From: Candidatus Scatosoma sp.
Lineage (GTDB): Bacteria; Bacillota; Clostridia; Christensenellales; Borkfalkiaceae
Direction: 5' to 3'
Assembly: GCA_045612895.1 (NCBI GenBank)
Contig: JAZKZY010000122.1
Coordinates: 4,171 to 68,170 of the forward strand
Length of the DNA stretch: 64,000 bases
Positions 1 to 8,085 of this stretch are shown here, piece by piece. The notes beneath the pieces are model-generated. The model did no database searches, had not been told where the DNA came from, and worked only from the letters and a program-made list of their open reading frames with translations. Each line of letters begins with the position of its first letter. Position 1 is the stretch's first letter. The position numbers were made by a program, and so were the translations under genes.

Positions 1-1528
1 CAGAGGTGCTTCCATTATTCCTGAGCCTCCTCAAGAGCCTGAGAAACCTAAAAAACCCCGTGTGATTCGTCCTTATAAGCGCGTATCGTTGGATGATTTT
101 GACTGTCGTGATATCGAGCCTGCTCAAAACGAGGTAGAGGTAGAGGAAACGAAGGCGAATATCATCGCAACGTTGGAAGAATTTAAGGTAATGGGCGCAA
201 CCATTGCATCGGTTACCTTTGGTCCTACGGTAACGAGATACAACGTAGCGTTGCCGAGAAGTGTTTCCCCGAGAAAGATTTTGTCGTTGGATCAGTCGAT
301 TGCAATCAGCTTGCATTCGAGCGGCGTAAGTATTTACCCCAACTACGAAGACGGCGTTGTCAGCATCGAGGTGCCGAATAAGGAAAGACAATTTGTACAG
401 CTTGGCTGTATGTTGTCGGGTAACACGTTTGTAAATGCGCCTGCTGGCTCGTTGATGTTTGCAATGGGTAAAAACGTTGCAAATGCCAAGGTGTACGGGG
501 ATATTTCCAAGATGATTCACTTACTTGTTGCAGGTTCTTCCGGCTCGGGTAAGAGTGTATTCCTCGGCGCATTGATTGTCAGCATGATTTACAAGTATTC
601 TCCCGAAGAATTGCGTTTGATCTTGATTGACCCGAAGAAAACGGAATTTGTTTTGTATAACAATTTGCCGCACTTGATGATCAACGAAATTATTACCGAC
701 GTTAATAAAGCGGTACAGAGTTTGAACTGGGCAATCGGTGAAATGAATCGCCGTTATACCTTGTTTGAACAAATGAGCCGTTCGGGTAAATACGTAGTAA
801 ATCTTGACCAGTACAACGAACAGCTTGAAAAGAACGAGCGTTTGCCTAAGATTGTCATCATTATTGACGAGTTGGCCGACTTGATGCTCGCTGCGAAGAA
901 GGATATTGAAGATAGAATTCAAAACCTCACGCAAAAAGCGCGTGCCGCAGGCATTCATTTGATCGTTGCAACGCAACGTCCTTCGGCGGACGTTATTACC
1001 GGCGTTATCAAGAGCAACCTTTCCACGCGTATTGCCTTTGCGGTTGCGTCGGAAGTAGACTCCCGCGTTATCTTGGATCAATCGGGTGCGCATAAGTTGT
1101 TGGGTAAGGGTGACTTCTTGTATTCGATGCCTGGTATCAATATTCCCGTTCGTGTACAAAGTGCGTTCATTTCGCCCTCCGACTCGCAAAAGGTTGTTAA
1201 CTTTATCAAAGAGAACAACGAGGCGTACTACGACGAGGAAGCGACTGCGTACATCAACAATACGCGTACGGGTGGAGATGATTCGGGTGGTGCTATTGAC
1301 AAGGACAGCTTTGACCCGATGTGCATTGACGCATTGCGTCACGTTATTTTGAGCGGTAGCGCATCTATTTCGATGATTCAGCGTAAGTGTTCGGTTGGCT
1401 ATAACCGTGCAGGGAATATCATCGAATGGATGGAGGACAACCATTATATTTCGCCGTTTGACGGTGCAAAGGCGAGAAAGGTACTCATTACAAAAGAAGA
1501 ATTTGAGAGTGAGTTCGGCCCGTTATAA
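1..1528 (+). CDS. ftsK: DNA translocase FtsK/SpoIIIE, C-terminal part (5' end lies outside the window)
   Basis: The frame is open from the window edge; a Pro/Glu/Lys linker (PEPPQEPEKPKKP) precedes the listed GTG at 62. Walker A GSSGSGKS, Walker B IVIIIDELADL and an ATQRPS motif are present. The C-terminal winged-helix gamma domain reads ISMIQRKCSVGYNRAGNIIEWME. Confidence 0.9.
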   Translation, partial: RGASIIPEPPQEPEKPKKPRVIRPYKRVSLDDFDCRDIEPAQNEVEVEETKANIIATLEEFKVMGATIASVTFGPTVTRYNVALPRSVSPRKILSLDQSIAISLHSSGVSIYPNYEDGVVSIEVPNKERQFVQLGCMLSGNTFVNAPAGSLMFAMGKNVANAKVYGDISKMIHLLVAGSSGSGKSVFLGALIVSMIYKYSPEELRLILIDPKKTEFVLYNNLPHLMINEIITDVNKAVQSLNWAIGEMNRRYTLFEQMSRSGKYVVNLDQYNEQLEKNERLPKIVIIIDELADLMLAAKKDIEDRIQNLTQKARAAGIHLIVATQRPSADVITGVIKSNLSTRIAFAVASEVDSRVILDQSGAHKLLGKGDFLYSMPGINIPVRVQSAFISPSDSQKVVNFIKENNEAYYDEEATAYINNTRTGGDDSGGAIDKDSFDPMCIDALRHVILSGSASISMIQRKCSVGYNRAGNIIEWMEDNHYISPFDGAKARKVLITKEEFESEFGPL

Positions 1529-1589
1529 GATAAATAAAACAGCGCATAGGGGCATCATGGATATGCCCTTGTGCGTAAAAAGGTAGAAT

Positions 1590-2942
1590 ATGTTATCAAA
1601 AAAAATATTCGGTGTCATTTCCCTTGGGTGTGATAAAAATCGCGTCGATTCGGAAAAACTTCTTGGCTTGATTAAGGAAAGGGGTTATTCGTTGACGGAT
1701 GATTTATCAAAGGCGCAAATCGTCATCGTCAATACCTGCGCTTTTTTGCAATCCGCGCGAGAAGAAGCCATTGAAACGGTGTTAGAGTGTGCTGATTATA
1801 AAAGTGAAAATTTGGAAAAACTTGTAGTAACGGGTTGTTTGCCTCAAAAATTTATTGAGGAATTGTACCTGCCTTTACAAGAAGTCGATGTATTTTTGGG
1901 TATCAACGATTATGAAAAGATGTTTGAGGCGTTGGAAAACTCCTACAAACAAAACGAGCGCCAAAATTACGTTGGAAAGGGCTGTGACGGTTATATCCAA
2001 AGCCGTGTGTTGACTACGGACGAACATTTTGCATATTTGAAAATTGCCGACGGTTGTTACAATCATTGTACCTATTGTTTAATTCCTAAAATTCGTGGAA
2101 AATATCGTTCGTATAAAATGGAGGATTTGCTTTTAGAGGCAAAAGAGCTCGGGGACATTGCGGAATTGATTTTGGTCGCGCAGGATACGACGCGATACGG
2201 CGAGGACTTGTACGGAAAAAATTCTTTTGTTGAGTTATTGCAAAAGCTGTCGGCTTTAGAGAATATCCAGTCGATTCGTTTATTGTATTGTTATCCCGAC
2301 GTTATTACGGATGAATTGATTACGGAAATTGCAAACAATCCTAAAATTATTAAATATATGGACATCCCTTTGCAGCATTCCGAAAACCGCGTATTGAAGT
2401 TGATGAATCGAAAAGGTACGCGCAATGGGTATTTAGCACTCTTCAAAAAACTGCGTGAACGCATCCCTGGTATCGCCATTCGTTCCACTTTCATATCTGG
2501 TTTCCCTACGGAAACGGAAGAGGAGTTTGGGGGCATGCTTGCCTTTGTGCAGGAAGCGAAACTGTTTAATTGTGGTTTCTTCGCTTACTCCAAGGAACCT
2601 GATACGGGTGCGTACCGCTTAAAACCGCAGGTGCATCATGCGACGAAACAGCGTCGTGTCCGCGCGTTATACAATGCGCAACAAAAGGTTTCGGCGGATT
2701 TACTTTCCACTTTTTTGGGGAAAGAAATTGAGGTGCTGTGCGATGGAATTGATTATGAAAAGGGTTGTTTTGTCGGCAGAGCATATTTCAGCGCCCCTGA
2801 TATTGACGGTAAAGTGTATTTTTACGCAGGGGAGGCCATGCAGGGCGAACGTTATATGGTCAATGTAGATCGTGCGGATAGCTATGACTTATATGGACAT
2901 ACAAATGATTATGAAGGAGAATTGAATTATGAATTTACCTAA
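1590..2942 (+). CDS. rimO: Radical-SAM methylthiotransferase, RimO-like (ribosomal protein S12 methylthiotransferase)
   Basis: N-terminal MTTase motifs ISLGCDKNRVDSE and VNTCAF; radical-SAM CNHCTYCLIP (CxxxCxxC); TRAM-like C-terminus. It sits between ftsK and pgsA, as in many Firmicutes. MiaB/MtaB cannot be strictly excluded. Confidence 0.75.
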   Translation: MLSKKIFGVISLGCDKNRVDSEKLLGLIKERGYSLTDDLSKAQIVIVNTCAFLQSAREEAIETVLECADYKSENLEKLVVTGCLPQKFIEELYLPLQEVDVFLGINDYEKMFEALENSYKQNERQNYVGKGCDGYIQSRVLTTDEHFAYLKIADGCYNHCTYCLIPKIRGKYRSYKMEDLLLEAKELGDIAELILVAQDTTRYGEDLYGKNSFVELLQKLSALENIQSIRLLYCYPDVITDELITEIANNPKIIKYMDIPLQHSENRVLKLMNRKGTRNGYLALFKKLRERIPGIAIRSTFISGFPTETEEEFGGMLAFVQEAKLFNCGFFAYSKEPDTGAYRLKPQVHHATKQRRVRALYNAQQKVSADLLSTFLGKEIEVLCDGIDYEKGCFVGRAYFSAPDIDGKVYFYAGEAMQGERYMVNVDRADSYDLYGHTNDYEGELNYEFT

Positions 2943-3534
2943 TAAAATTTCTTTATCGAGAATATTATTGATTCCCGTTTTTGTTGTAGTGTTTTTCTTG
3001 GATGGTATTTTACCTTTCGCGTTTGGTATTGCGGCAATCATCTTTGCGGTAGCGGCTTGCACCGATTTTGTAGATGGAAAAATTGCGCGTTCGCGTGGGC
3101 TTGTTACCAACCTTGGTAAGTTCCTTGACCCGATTGCGGATAAAGTGCTGGTATCGACTGCAATGCTTTTGATATTGACGATGAAAGACAGCTTATTTAT
3201 CCTCGTTGGCGAGGCGTGTGAATGGGTTTATATCACAACGGCTATCTGTACCTGTATCATTATGGCTCGTGAATTGATTATCAGCGCATTCCGTCAAATT
3301 GCGGCGGCAAATGGTCTTATTATGGCTGCTGAAAAGCTTGGTAAGTATAAGGCGGCTTGTCAAGACGTTGCGATTTTTGTGTTGATTTTGGCCGGCGGTC
3401 TTAACGGACTTGTTACTTGGGGCGTATACGTTGCTTGGTTTGGGTTTGCGTTGTTTGCAATTGCAACCGTTTTGACCATTCTTTCGGGCGTTTCCTATAT
3501 CGTAAAAAATAAGCAAGTTTTGAAAGATAATTAA
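2929..3534 (+). CDS. pgsA: CDP-diacylglycerol--glycerol-3-phosphate 3-phosphatidyltransferase
   Basis: CDP-alcohol phosphatidyltransferase signature DGKIARSRGLVTNLGKFLDPIADK in a polytopic hydrophobic protein. The start overlaps the rimO stop by 14 nt. Confidence 0.9.
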   Translation: MNLPNKISLSRILLIPVFVVVFFLDGILPFAFGIAAIIFAVAACTDFVDGKIARSRGLVTNLGKFLDPIADKVLVSTAMLLILTMKDSLFILVGEACEWVYITTAICTCIIMARELIISAFRQIAAANGLIMAAEKLGKYKAACQDVAIFVLILAGGLNGLVTWGVYVAWFGFALFAIATVLTILSGVSYIVKNKQVLKDN

Positions 3535-3546
3535 GAGGAATAAGGC

Positions 3547-4266
3547 ATGGGAAGTATGCAGGTTGGACAAGTGGTTATTCGCACGATGGGCGCAAATGCG
3601 GCGTGCGTGGAATCGCTTGTGCAAGAACTGAATATTCAAGCCAAAAATCTCGCATCATGCCACCATGTACGCGTTCACGATGAGGATATCCTTACAATTG
3701 CCTATGGTAACGACACTCCGAAAATGTTGATGGACGATATTTTACGCAGGTGCGTTGAGGAGTTAGATGTCTCGATTTATGCTATGGAAGATTGCTCGTT
3801 GGAGCATCAGGTGGTTAATCTGTTAAAGGTCCGTGGTAAAACGCTGAGCGTTGCGGAATCTTTTACGGGAGGCGGAATTGCGAGTCGTATTACTTCCGTA
3901 TCTGGGGCAAGCGAGGTTTATTTCGAAGGGATCAATGCGTACAACGAAAACGCAAAGATAAAAAGGTTGGGCGTTTCACCGCAAACCCTTGAAAAATACG
4001 GCGCTGTATCCGAACAAACGGCCTATGAAATGGTGGTTGGGTTATTACGTACAGGTGATTGCAACGTAGCGATTGCAACGACGGGGTTGGCTGGACCGAA
4101 TACGGATAAATCGGGACTGCCCGTAGGCTTGTGCTATATTGCGGTTGGTACAACGGAGCGGATACGCGTATATCAATATCGCTTTGAAGGTACGCGAGAA
4201 GAGATTACGAAAAAAGCAATCAATTATGCGTTGTATTTGACGTATAAGCAGTTGAAAGATTTATAA
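3547..4266 (+). CDS. cinA: CinA-family protein with only the C-terminal PncC-like (NMN amidohydrolase) domain
   Basis: LSVAESFTGGGIASRITSVSGASEVYFEGINAYNENAKIKRLGV and ATTGLAGP match the CinA C-terminal domain. It lies immediately upstream of recA. No MoCF-binding N-terminal domain is present. The start codon is uncertain. Confidence 0.75.
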   Translation: MGSMQVGQVVIRTMGANAACVESLVQELNIQAKNLASCHHVRVHDEDILTIAYGNDTPKMLMDDILRRCVEELDVSIYAMEDCSLEHQVVNLLKVRGKTLSVAESFTGGGIASRITSVSGASEVYFEGINAYNENAKIKRLGVSPQTLEKYGAVSEQTAYEMVVGLLRTGDCNVAIATTGLAGPNTDKSGLPVGLCYIAVGTTERIRVYQYRFEGTREEITKKAINYALYLTYKQLKDL

Positions 4267-4295
4267 TTGAAAAAATGTGATTAGGAGATATATAA

Positions 4296-5321
4296 ATGGC
4301 AAACGAAAAGAATACGGAAAAAATGAAGGCTTTAGACGCCGTTTTGCTTCAAATTGGAAAGCAATACGGGAAAGGCTCCATTATGCGTCTTGGCGAAGAG
4401 GCAGGCAATACGGAGATTGAGGTGATCCCCAGCGGTTGCCTTACGCTTGACCTTGCGTTGGGTATCGGTGGGTTCCCTCGCGGTAGAATTATCGAAATCT
4501 ACGGTCCTGAATCCTCGGGTAAAACGACGGTTGCATTGCACGCGATTGCGGAAGCGCAAAAGATGGGCGGTGTAGCGGCGTTTATCGACGCGGAACATGC
4601 GCTTGACCCTGTTTACGCAAAGAAATTAGGCGTAAGCTTGGATGATTTATACGTTTCTCAGCCTGATACAGGTGAACAAGCGTTGGATATCACGGAAGCG
4701 TTGGTAAGAAGCTCGGCGGTGGATATTATCGTTGTGGACTCCGTTGCGGCATTGACCCCCAAGGCGGAAATCGAAGGGGATATGGGGGATACGCACGTTG
4801 GTTTGCAGGCACGTTTGATGTCGCAGGCATTGAGAAAGTTGACCGCAATCGTTAACAAATCGAAAACTTGCGTTATTTTCATCAACCAGTTGCGTGAAAA
4901 AGTGGGTGTTATGTTTGGTAACCCCGAAACGACCCCTGGTGGTAAGGCGTTGAAATTCTATGCAAGTATGCGTTTGGATATCCGTAAGATGGACGCATTG
5001 AAGGATGCGGATGGTGTTATGGGTAATAGAACGAAAGCAAAAGTTGTAAAAAATAAACTTGCGCCTCCCTTCCGTCAGGCAGAATTTGACATCGTATTCG
5101 GTGAAGGTATTTCGCAGGAAGGATGTATCATGGATATGGGTGTACAGTTTGACATCATTGCGAAGAGTGGCTCGTTCTTTAGCTATAACGGTGCAAAAAT
5201 TGCACAAGGCCGTGAAAAGTTGCGCTTGTTCTTGAGAGAAAATCCTGAGGTGAAAGCGGAAATTGAACAAAAGATCCGTGACGTAGCAAACGGTAAAATT
5301 GAAGAAGAAAGCGAAGAATAA
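4296..5321 (+). CDS. recA: Recombinase RecA
   Basis: Full-length match to the RecA pattern: [22 protein letters not shown], Walker [50 protein letters not shown]. Confidence 0.97.
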   Translation: MANEKNTEKMKALDAVLLQIGKQYGKGSIMRLGEEAGNTEIEVIPSGCLTLDLALGIGGFPRGRIIEIYGPESSGKTTVALHAIAEAQKMGGVAAFIDAEHALDPVYAKKLGVSLDDLYVSQPDTGEQALDITEALVRSSAVDIIVVDSVAALTPKAEIEGDMGDTHVGLQARLMSQALRKLTAIVNKSKTCVIFINQLREKVGVMFGNPETTPGGKALKFYASMRLDIRKMDALKDADGVMGNRTKAKVVKNKLAPPFRQAEFDIVFGEGISQEGCIMDMGVQFDIIAKSGSFFSYNGAKIAQGREKLRLFLRENPEVKAEIEQKIRDVANGKIEEESEE

Positions 5322-5356
5322 TTTTTAAGTTATATATAATATTATAATGTAAGAAA

Positions 5357-5390
5357 AAAGCGGAGAGCGACGGCTTTCCGCTTTTTGTTA
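5357..5390 (+). terminator. Rho-independent terminator after recA
   Basis: AGCGGA (5359-5364) pairs with TCCGCT (5377-5382), followed by TTTTTG. Confidence 0.6.
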
Positions 5391-5439
5391 TTTTATGGAT
5401 ATTTTTTCGTTTGCAGGGCAACAATTTTTTCTCAAACAA

Positions 5440-5468
5440 TTGACTTTTTTATAAATATATTGTAAAAT
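5440..5468 (+). promoter_or_regulatory. Sigma-A-type promoter upstream of rny
   Basis: TTGACT (5440-5445), 17-nt spacer, TG-extended TAAAAT (5463-5468). Confidence 0.5.
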
Positions 5469-5562
5469 AGTATTGATAAAAAAAGTTATAAGTCGGATTT
5501 TATGAAAAATCCGTGGAAATAATGGATTTATCAATTTAATTTTAATACAGGAGGCACAAACT

Positions 5563-7182
5563 ATGCACGATTTTAATTTGAGCGTCCTGTTTCTCGCTGG
5601 CACAGGAACGACAATCGCGATTGCAGCGGCGGCTGCGGCGGTTGCTTTGGGTTTAGGTGTGGTATTAGCGTTGTTCTTCTATAAGAAGAGCACCGAGAAG
5701 AAAATCGGTTCAGCAAATGACCGCGTAGAAAAAATCATTAGCGATGCTGAAAAAGAAGCCGAACGCATCAAAGCGCAAGGAAGAGAAGAAAGCAAGCATG
5801 TATTAAAAGAAGCATTGCTTGAAGCAAAGGAACAGGATTTAAAATTAAGAAACGAATTTGAACGCGAAACCAAAGAAAAGAAAGCTGAAATTCAGCGCAT
5901 GGAACAGCGTTTGACCCAAAAAGAGGATGCAATCGACAAAAAGTCGGAGGCGCTCGAACAGCAAAAGGCAAATCTTCTTAAAAAGGAAGAAGAAGTTGTT
6001 CATTTGCAGGAAAAACTCAATTCCCAACACGAATTGATGGTGCAGGAACTTGAAAAAGTTTCTCAACTCAGCCGTGAAGAAGCGAAAAAACTTTTGACGG
6101 AAGAGATTTTGGAAGAAACCCGTCATGACGTAGCAATTCAGGTCCGCAACCTTGAACAAAAGGCAAAGGACGAGGCGGATATCAACGCGAAGAAATTGAT
6201 TGCGCTTGCTATCCAGAAATGTGCGGCTGACCAGGCATCGGAAATCACCGTTTCCGTTGTACCTCTTCCCAACGATGATATGAAAGCACGTATTATCGGT
6301 CGTGAAGGTAGAAACATCCGTGCGTTGGAAAATGCAACGGGTATCGAACTTATTGTCGATGATACCCCTGAGGTGGTTATTCTTTCGGGCTTTGACCCTG
6401 TTAGAAGAGAAATTGCACGTTTGTCGTTGGAACGTTTGATCAACGACGGCCGTATCCATCCCGCTCGCATTGAAGAAACGGTGGAAAAGGTTACTCGTGA
6501 AATGGATATGCAAATCAAAGAAGCTGGTGAAGCGGCTGTATTTGAGGCAGGCATCTTCGGCTTACACCCCGAATTGATTAAGTTGATCGGTCGTTTGAAG
6601 TTTAGAACGAGCTATGGCCAAAACGTTTACAAACATTCGGTAGAAGTGTCCATGCTCGCTGGCCAAATGGCGGCTGAGCTTGGTTTGGACGTTAGCTTTG
6701 CAAAGCGTGCGGGCTTGTTGCACGATATCGGTAAGGCAGTTGACCAAGAACAAGAAGGTACCCATATCCAAATCGGTGCTGATCTTGCGAAGAAATTTAA
6801 GGAAAACGCAAATATCGTCAATGCAATTATGGCACACCATGGCGACGTAGAGCCCAAGACGATTGAAGCAGTGCTCATTCAGGCAGCTGATGCCATTTCG
6901 GGCGCTCGTCCTGGCGCAAGACGTGAAACGGGTTCTAACTACGTAAAACGTTTGGAAAGATTGGAAGAAATCGCTTCTGGTTTCCACGGCGTAGAAAAGA
7001 GCTATGCAATTCAAGCAGGTAGAGAAGTGCGTGTTATTGTTAAACCTGAACAGGTTGACGATGCGCAGGCACTCTTCCTTGCAAAGGATATCGCCAAGAA
7101 GATTGAGGCGGAATTGGAATACCCTGGTCAAATCAAGGTAAACGTTATCCGCGAGTTCCGTGGCGTTGAATATGCGAAATAA
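5563..7182 (+). CDS. rny: Ribonuclease Y
   Basis: N-terminal transmembrane helix, long Lys/Glu coiled coil, KH domain ([17 protein letters not shown]), HD domain (LLHDIGKA ... MAHHGD). The recA-rny order is typical of Firmicutes. Confidence 0.95.
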   Translation: MHDFNLSVLFLAGTGTTIAIAAAAAAVALGLGVVLALFFYKKSTEKKIGSANDRVEKIISDAEKEAERIKAQGREESKHVLKEALLEAKEQDLKLRNEFERETKEKKAEIQRMEQRLTQKEDAIDKKSEALEQQKANLLKKEEEVVHLQEKLNSQHELMVQELEKVSQLSREEAKKLLTEEILEETRHDVAIQVRNLEQKAKDEADINAKKLIALAIQKCAADQASEITVSVVPLPNDDMKARIIGREGRNIRALENATGIELIVDDTPEVVILSGFDPVRREIARLSLERLINDGRIHPARIEETVEKVTREMDMQIKEAGEAAVFEAGIFGLHPELIKLIGRLKFRTSYGQNVYKHSVEVSMLAGQMAAELGLDVSFAKRAGLLHDIGKAVDQEQEGTHIQIGADLAKKFKENANIVNAIMAHHGDVEPKTIEAVLIQAADAISGARPGARRETGSNYVKRLERLEEIASGFHGVEKSYAIQAGREVRVIVKPEQVDDAQALFLAKDIAKKIEAELEYPGQIKVNVIREFRGVEYAK

Positions 7183-7190
7183 TTAAATGA

Positions 7191-7224
7191 AATAATCCCT
7201 TTGCTTCGGCAAAGGGATTATTTT
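7191..7224 (+). terminator. Rho-independent terminator after rny
   Basis: AATAATCCCTTTGC / TTCG loop / GCAAAGGGATTATT, then a T-run. Confidence 0.75.
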
Positions 7225-7265
7225 GAAAATTCTTGAACTTTTTTTCAAAAAGTGCGTTATAAGAC

Positions 7266-7294
7266 TTGACAAAGGTGATAAATTTAACTATAAT
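7266..7294 (+). promoter_or_regulatory. Consensus sigma-A promoter for tRNA-Thr
   Basis: TTGACA (7266-7271), exactly 17 nt, TATAAT (7289-7294). The tRNA starts 20 nt downstream. Confidence 0.75.
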
Positions 7295-7314
7295 ATCATA
7301 GTAATCGTTAAGAT

Positions 7315-7390
<76 letters not shown>

Positions 7391-7422
7391 AGGACATCGG
7401 AAGATGTCCTTTTTCTTTTTTT
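7391..7422 (+). terminator. Terminator of tRNA-Thr
   Basis: AGGACATC / GGAA / GATGTCCT followed by TTTTCTTTTTTT. Confidence 0.75.
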
Positions 7423-7443
7423 GCCGACCTCCTGCATGGATTT

Positions 7444-7541
7444 TAAGGACGAGGATTGAATTTCATTCAAATAAACCGGGGTGACGCTCGCAGGCTCGCT
7501 ATGTCGTCGCAAGCTCCTTACAAATCCGCCTAGTAGCTCCA
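7444..7541 (+). pseudogene. Disrupted partial copy of tRNA-Thr (positions 36-46 and 56-76, separated by a 66-nt insert)
   Basis: TAAGGACGAGG (7444-7454) and CAAATCCGCCTAGTAGCTCCA (7521-7541) are identical to the tRNA. A 66-nt insertion (7455-7520, containing the hairpin ATTGAAT-ttc-ATTCAAT) replaces the T-stem. There is no 5' half. Confidence 0.6.
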
Positions 7542-7570
7542 AGGACATCGAAAGATGTCCGTTTTTTTTA
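7542..7570 (+). terminator. Second copy of the tRNA-Thr terminator
   Basis: AGGACATC / GAAA / GATGTCC then GTTTTTTTT. It is part of the 44-nt direct repeat 7371-7414 / 7521-7564 (2 mismatches). Confidence 0.6.
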
Positions 7571-7951
7571 TTTTATACGATATTTTTTTAACAAGAGGTA
7601 AATTTCCCTAGAAAATCAAAAAGTTAACATTTTGCGTAAGATTTTACGAGGTGGGGGGGTCTTGTACAGAATTTTATGTTTGAAGGGGGCATGTACGCGT
7701 TCAATATTAAAAAAGATGATTTATCGAATGGTTTTCGAGTGGGAATTTACAGGAAACAAACTGATGTTTTGAAATAAAATAGGGGTAAGCTACTATTTTG
7801 TAATTGTATGGTTAGGTCAAATTTTTTATATTATTGTGCGAAAAATATTATTGAAATTTTTATTTAATTTTATTAAAATTATAATGTAATATTGGCTTTG
7901 TGTAAAAAAAGCAAAGTCGAGCAGGATAATTTTTTCAAAAGGAGAAAAAGA

Positions 7952-8068
7952 ATGCGCAAAGAATATGATGGGTTGGAATTTAGTGTAATTATATTTAATA
8001 TGGAAGATGTAATTACGGCAAGCGGTGACAACTTTATTGAAGACCCTTGGGACAATTTTGAGTACTAA
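7952..8068 (+). CDS. Candidate 38-aa small protein (MRKEYDGLEFSVIIFNMEDVITASGDNFIEDPWDNFEY)
   Basis: Not in the ORF track. ATG at 7952 is preceded by AAAGGAGAAAAAGA; the TAA stop at 8066-8068 lies 17 nt before the start of the 2042-aa gene. The peptide is acidic and Cys-free. I recognise no family. Confidence 0.35.
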   Translation: MRKEYDGLEFSVIIFNMEDVITASGDNFIEDPWDNFEY

Positions 8069-8085
8069 GTTAAGGAGGAAAGAAG

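Noticed and set aside
1549-1575. The hairpin GGGCAT-catggat-ATGCCC after ftsK, considered as a terminator
   Set aside because: There is no T-run after the stem, and rimO starts about 20 nt later. It is probably not an efficient terminator.
7649-7660. A G7 homopolymer tract about 430 nt upstream of the first giant gene, considered as a possible slipped-strand phase-variation switch
   Set aside because: It is not positioned inside a promoter spacer or coding region that I can define. The tract is short, and there is no evidence of variation from a single sequence.
7676-7777. A 33-aa ORF (MFEGGMYAFNIKKDDLSNGFRVGIYRKQTDVLK) in the long AT-rich leader before the accessory locus
   Set aside because: The only purine-rich stretch (GAGGTGGGGGGG) is more than 20 nt upstream of the ATG. 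There is no other support.
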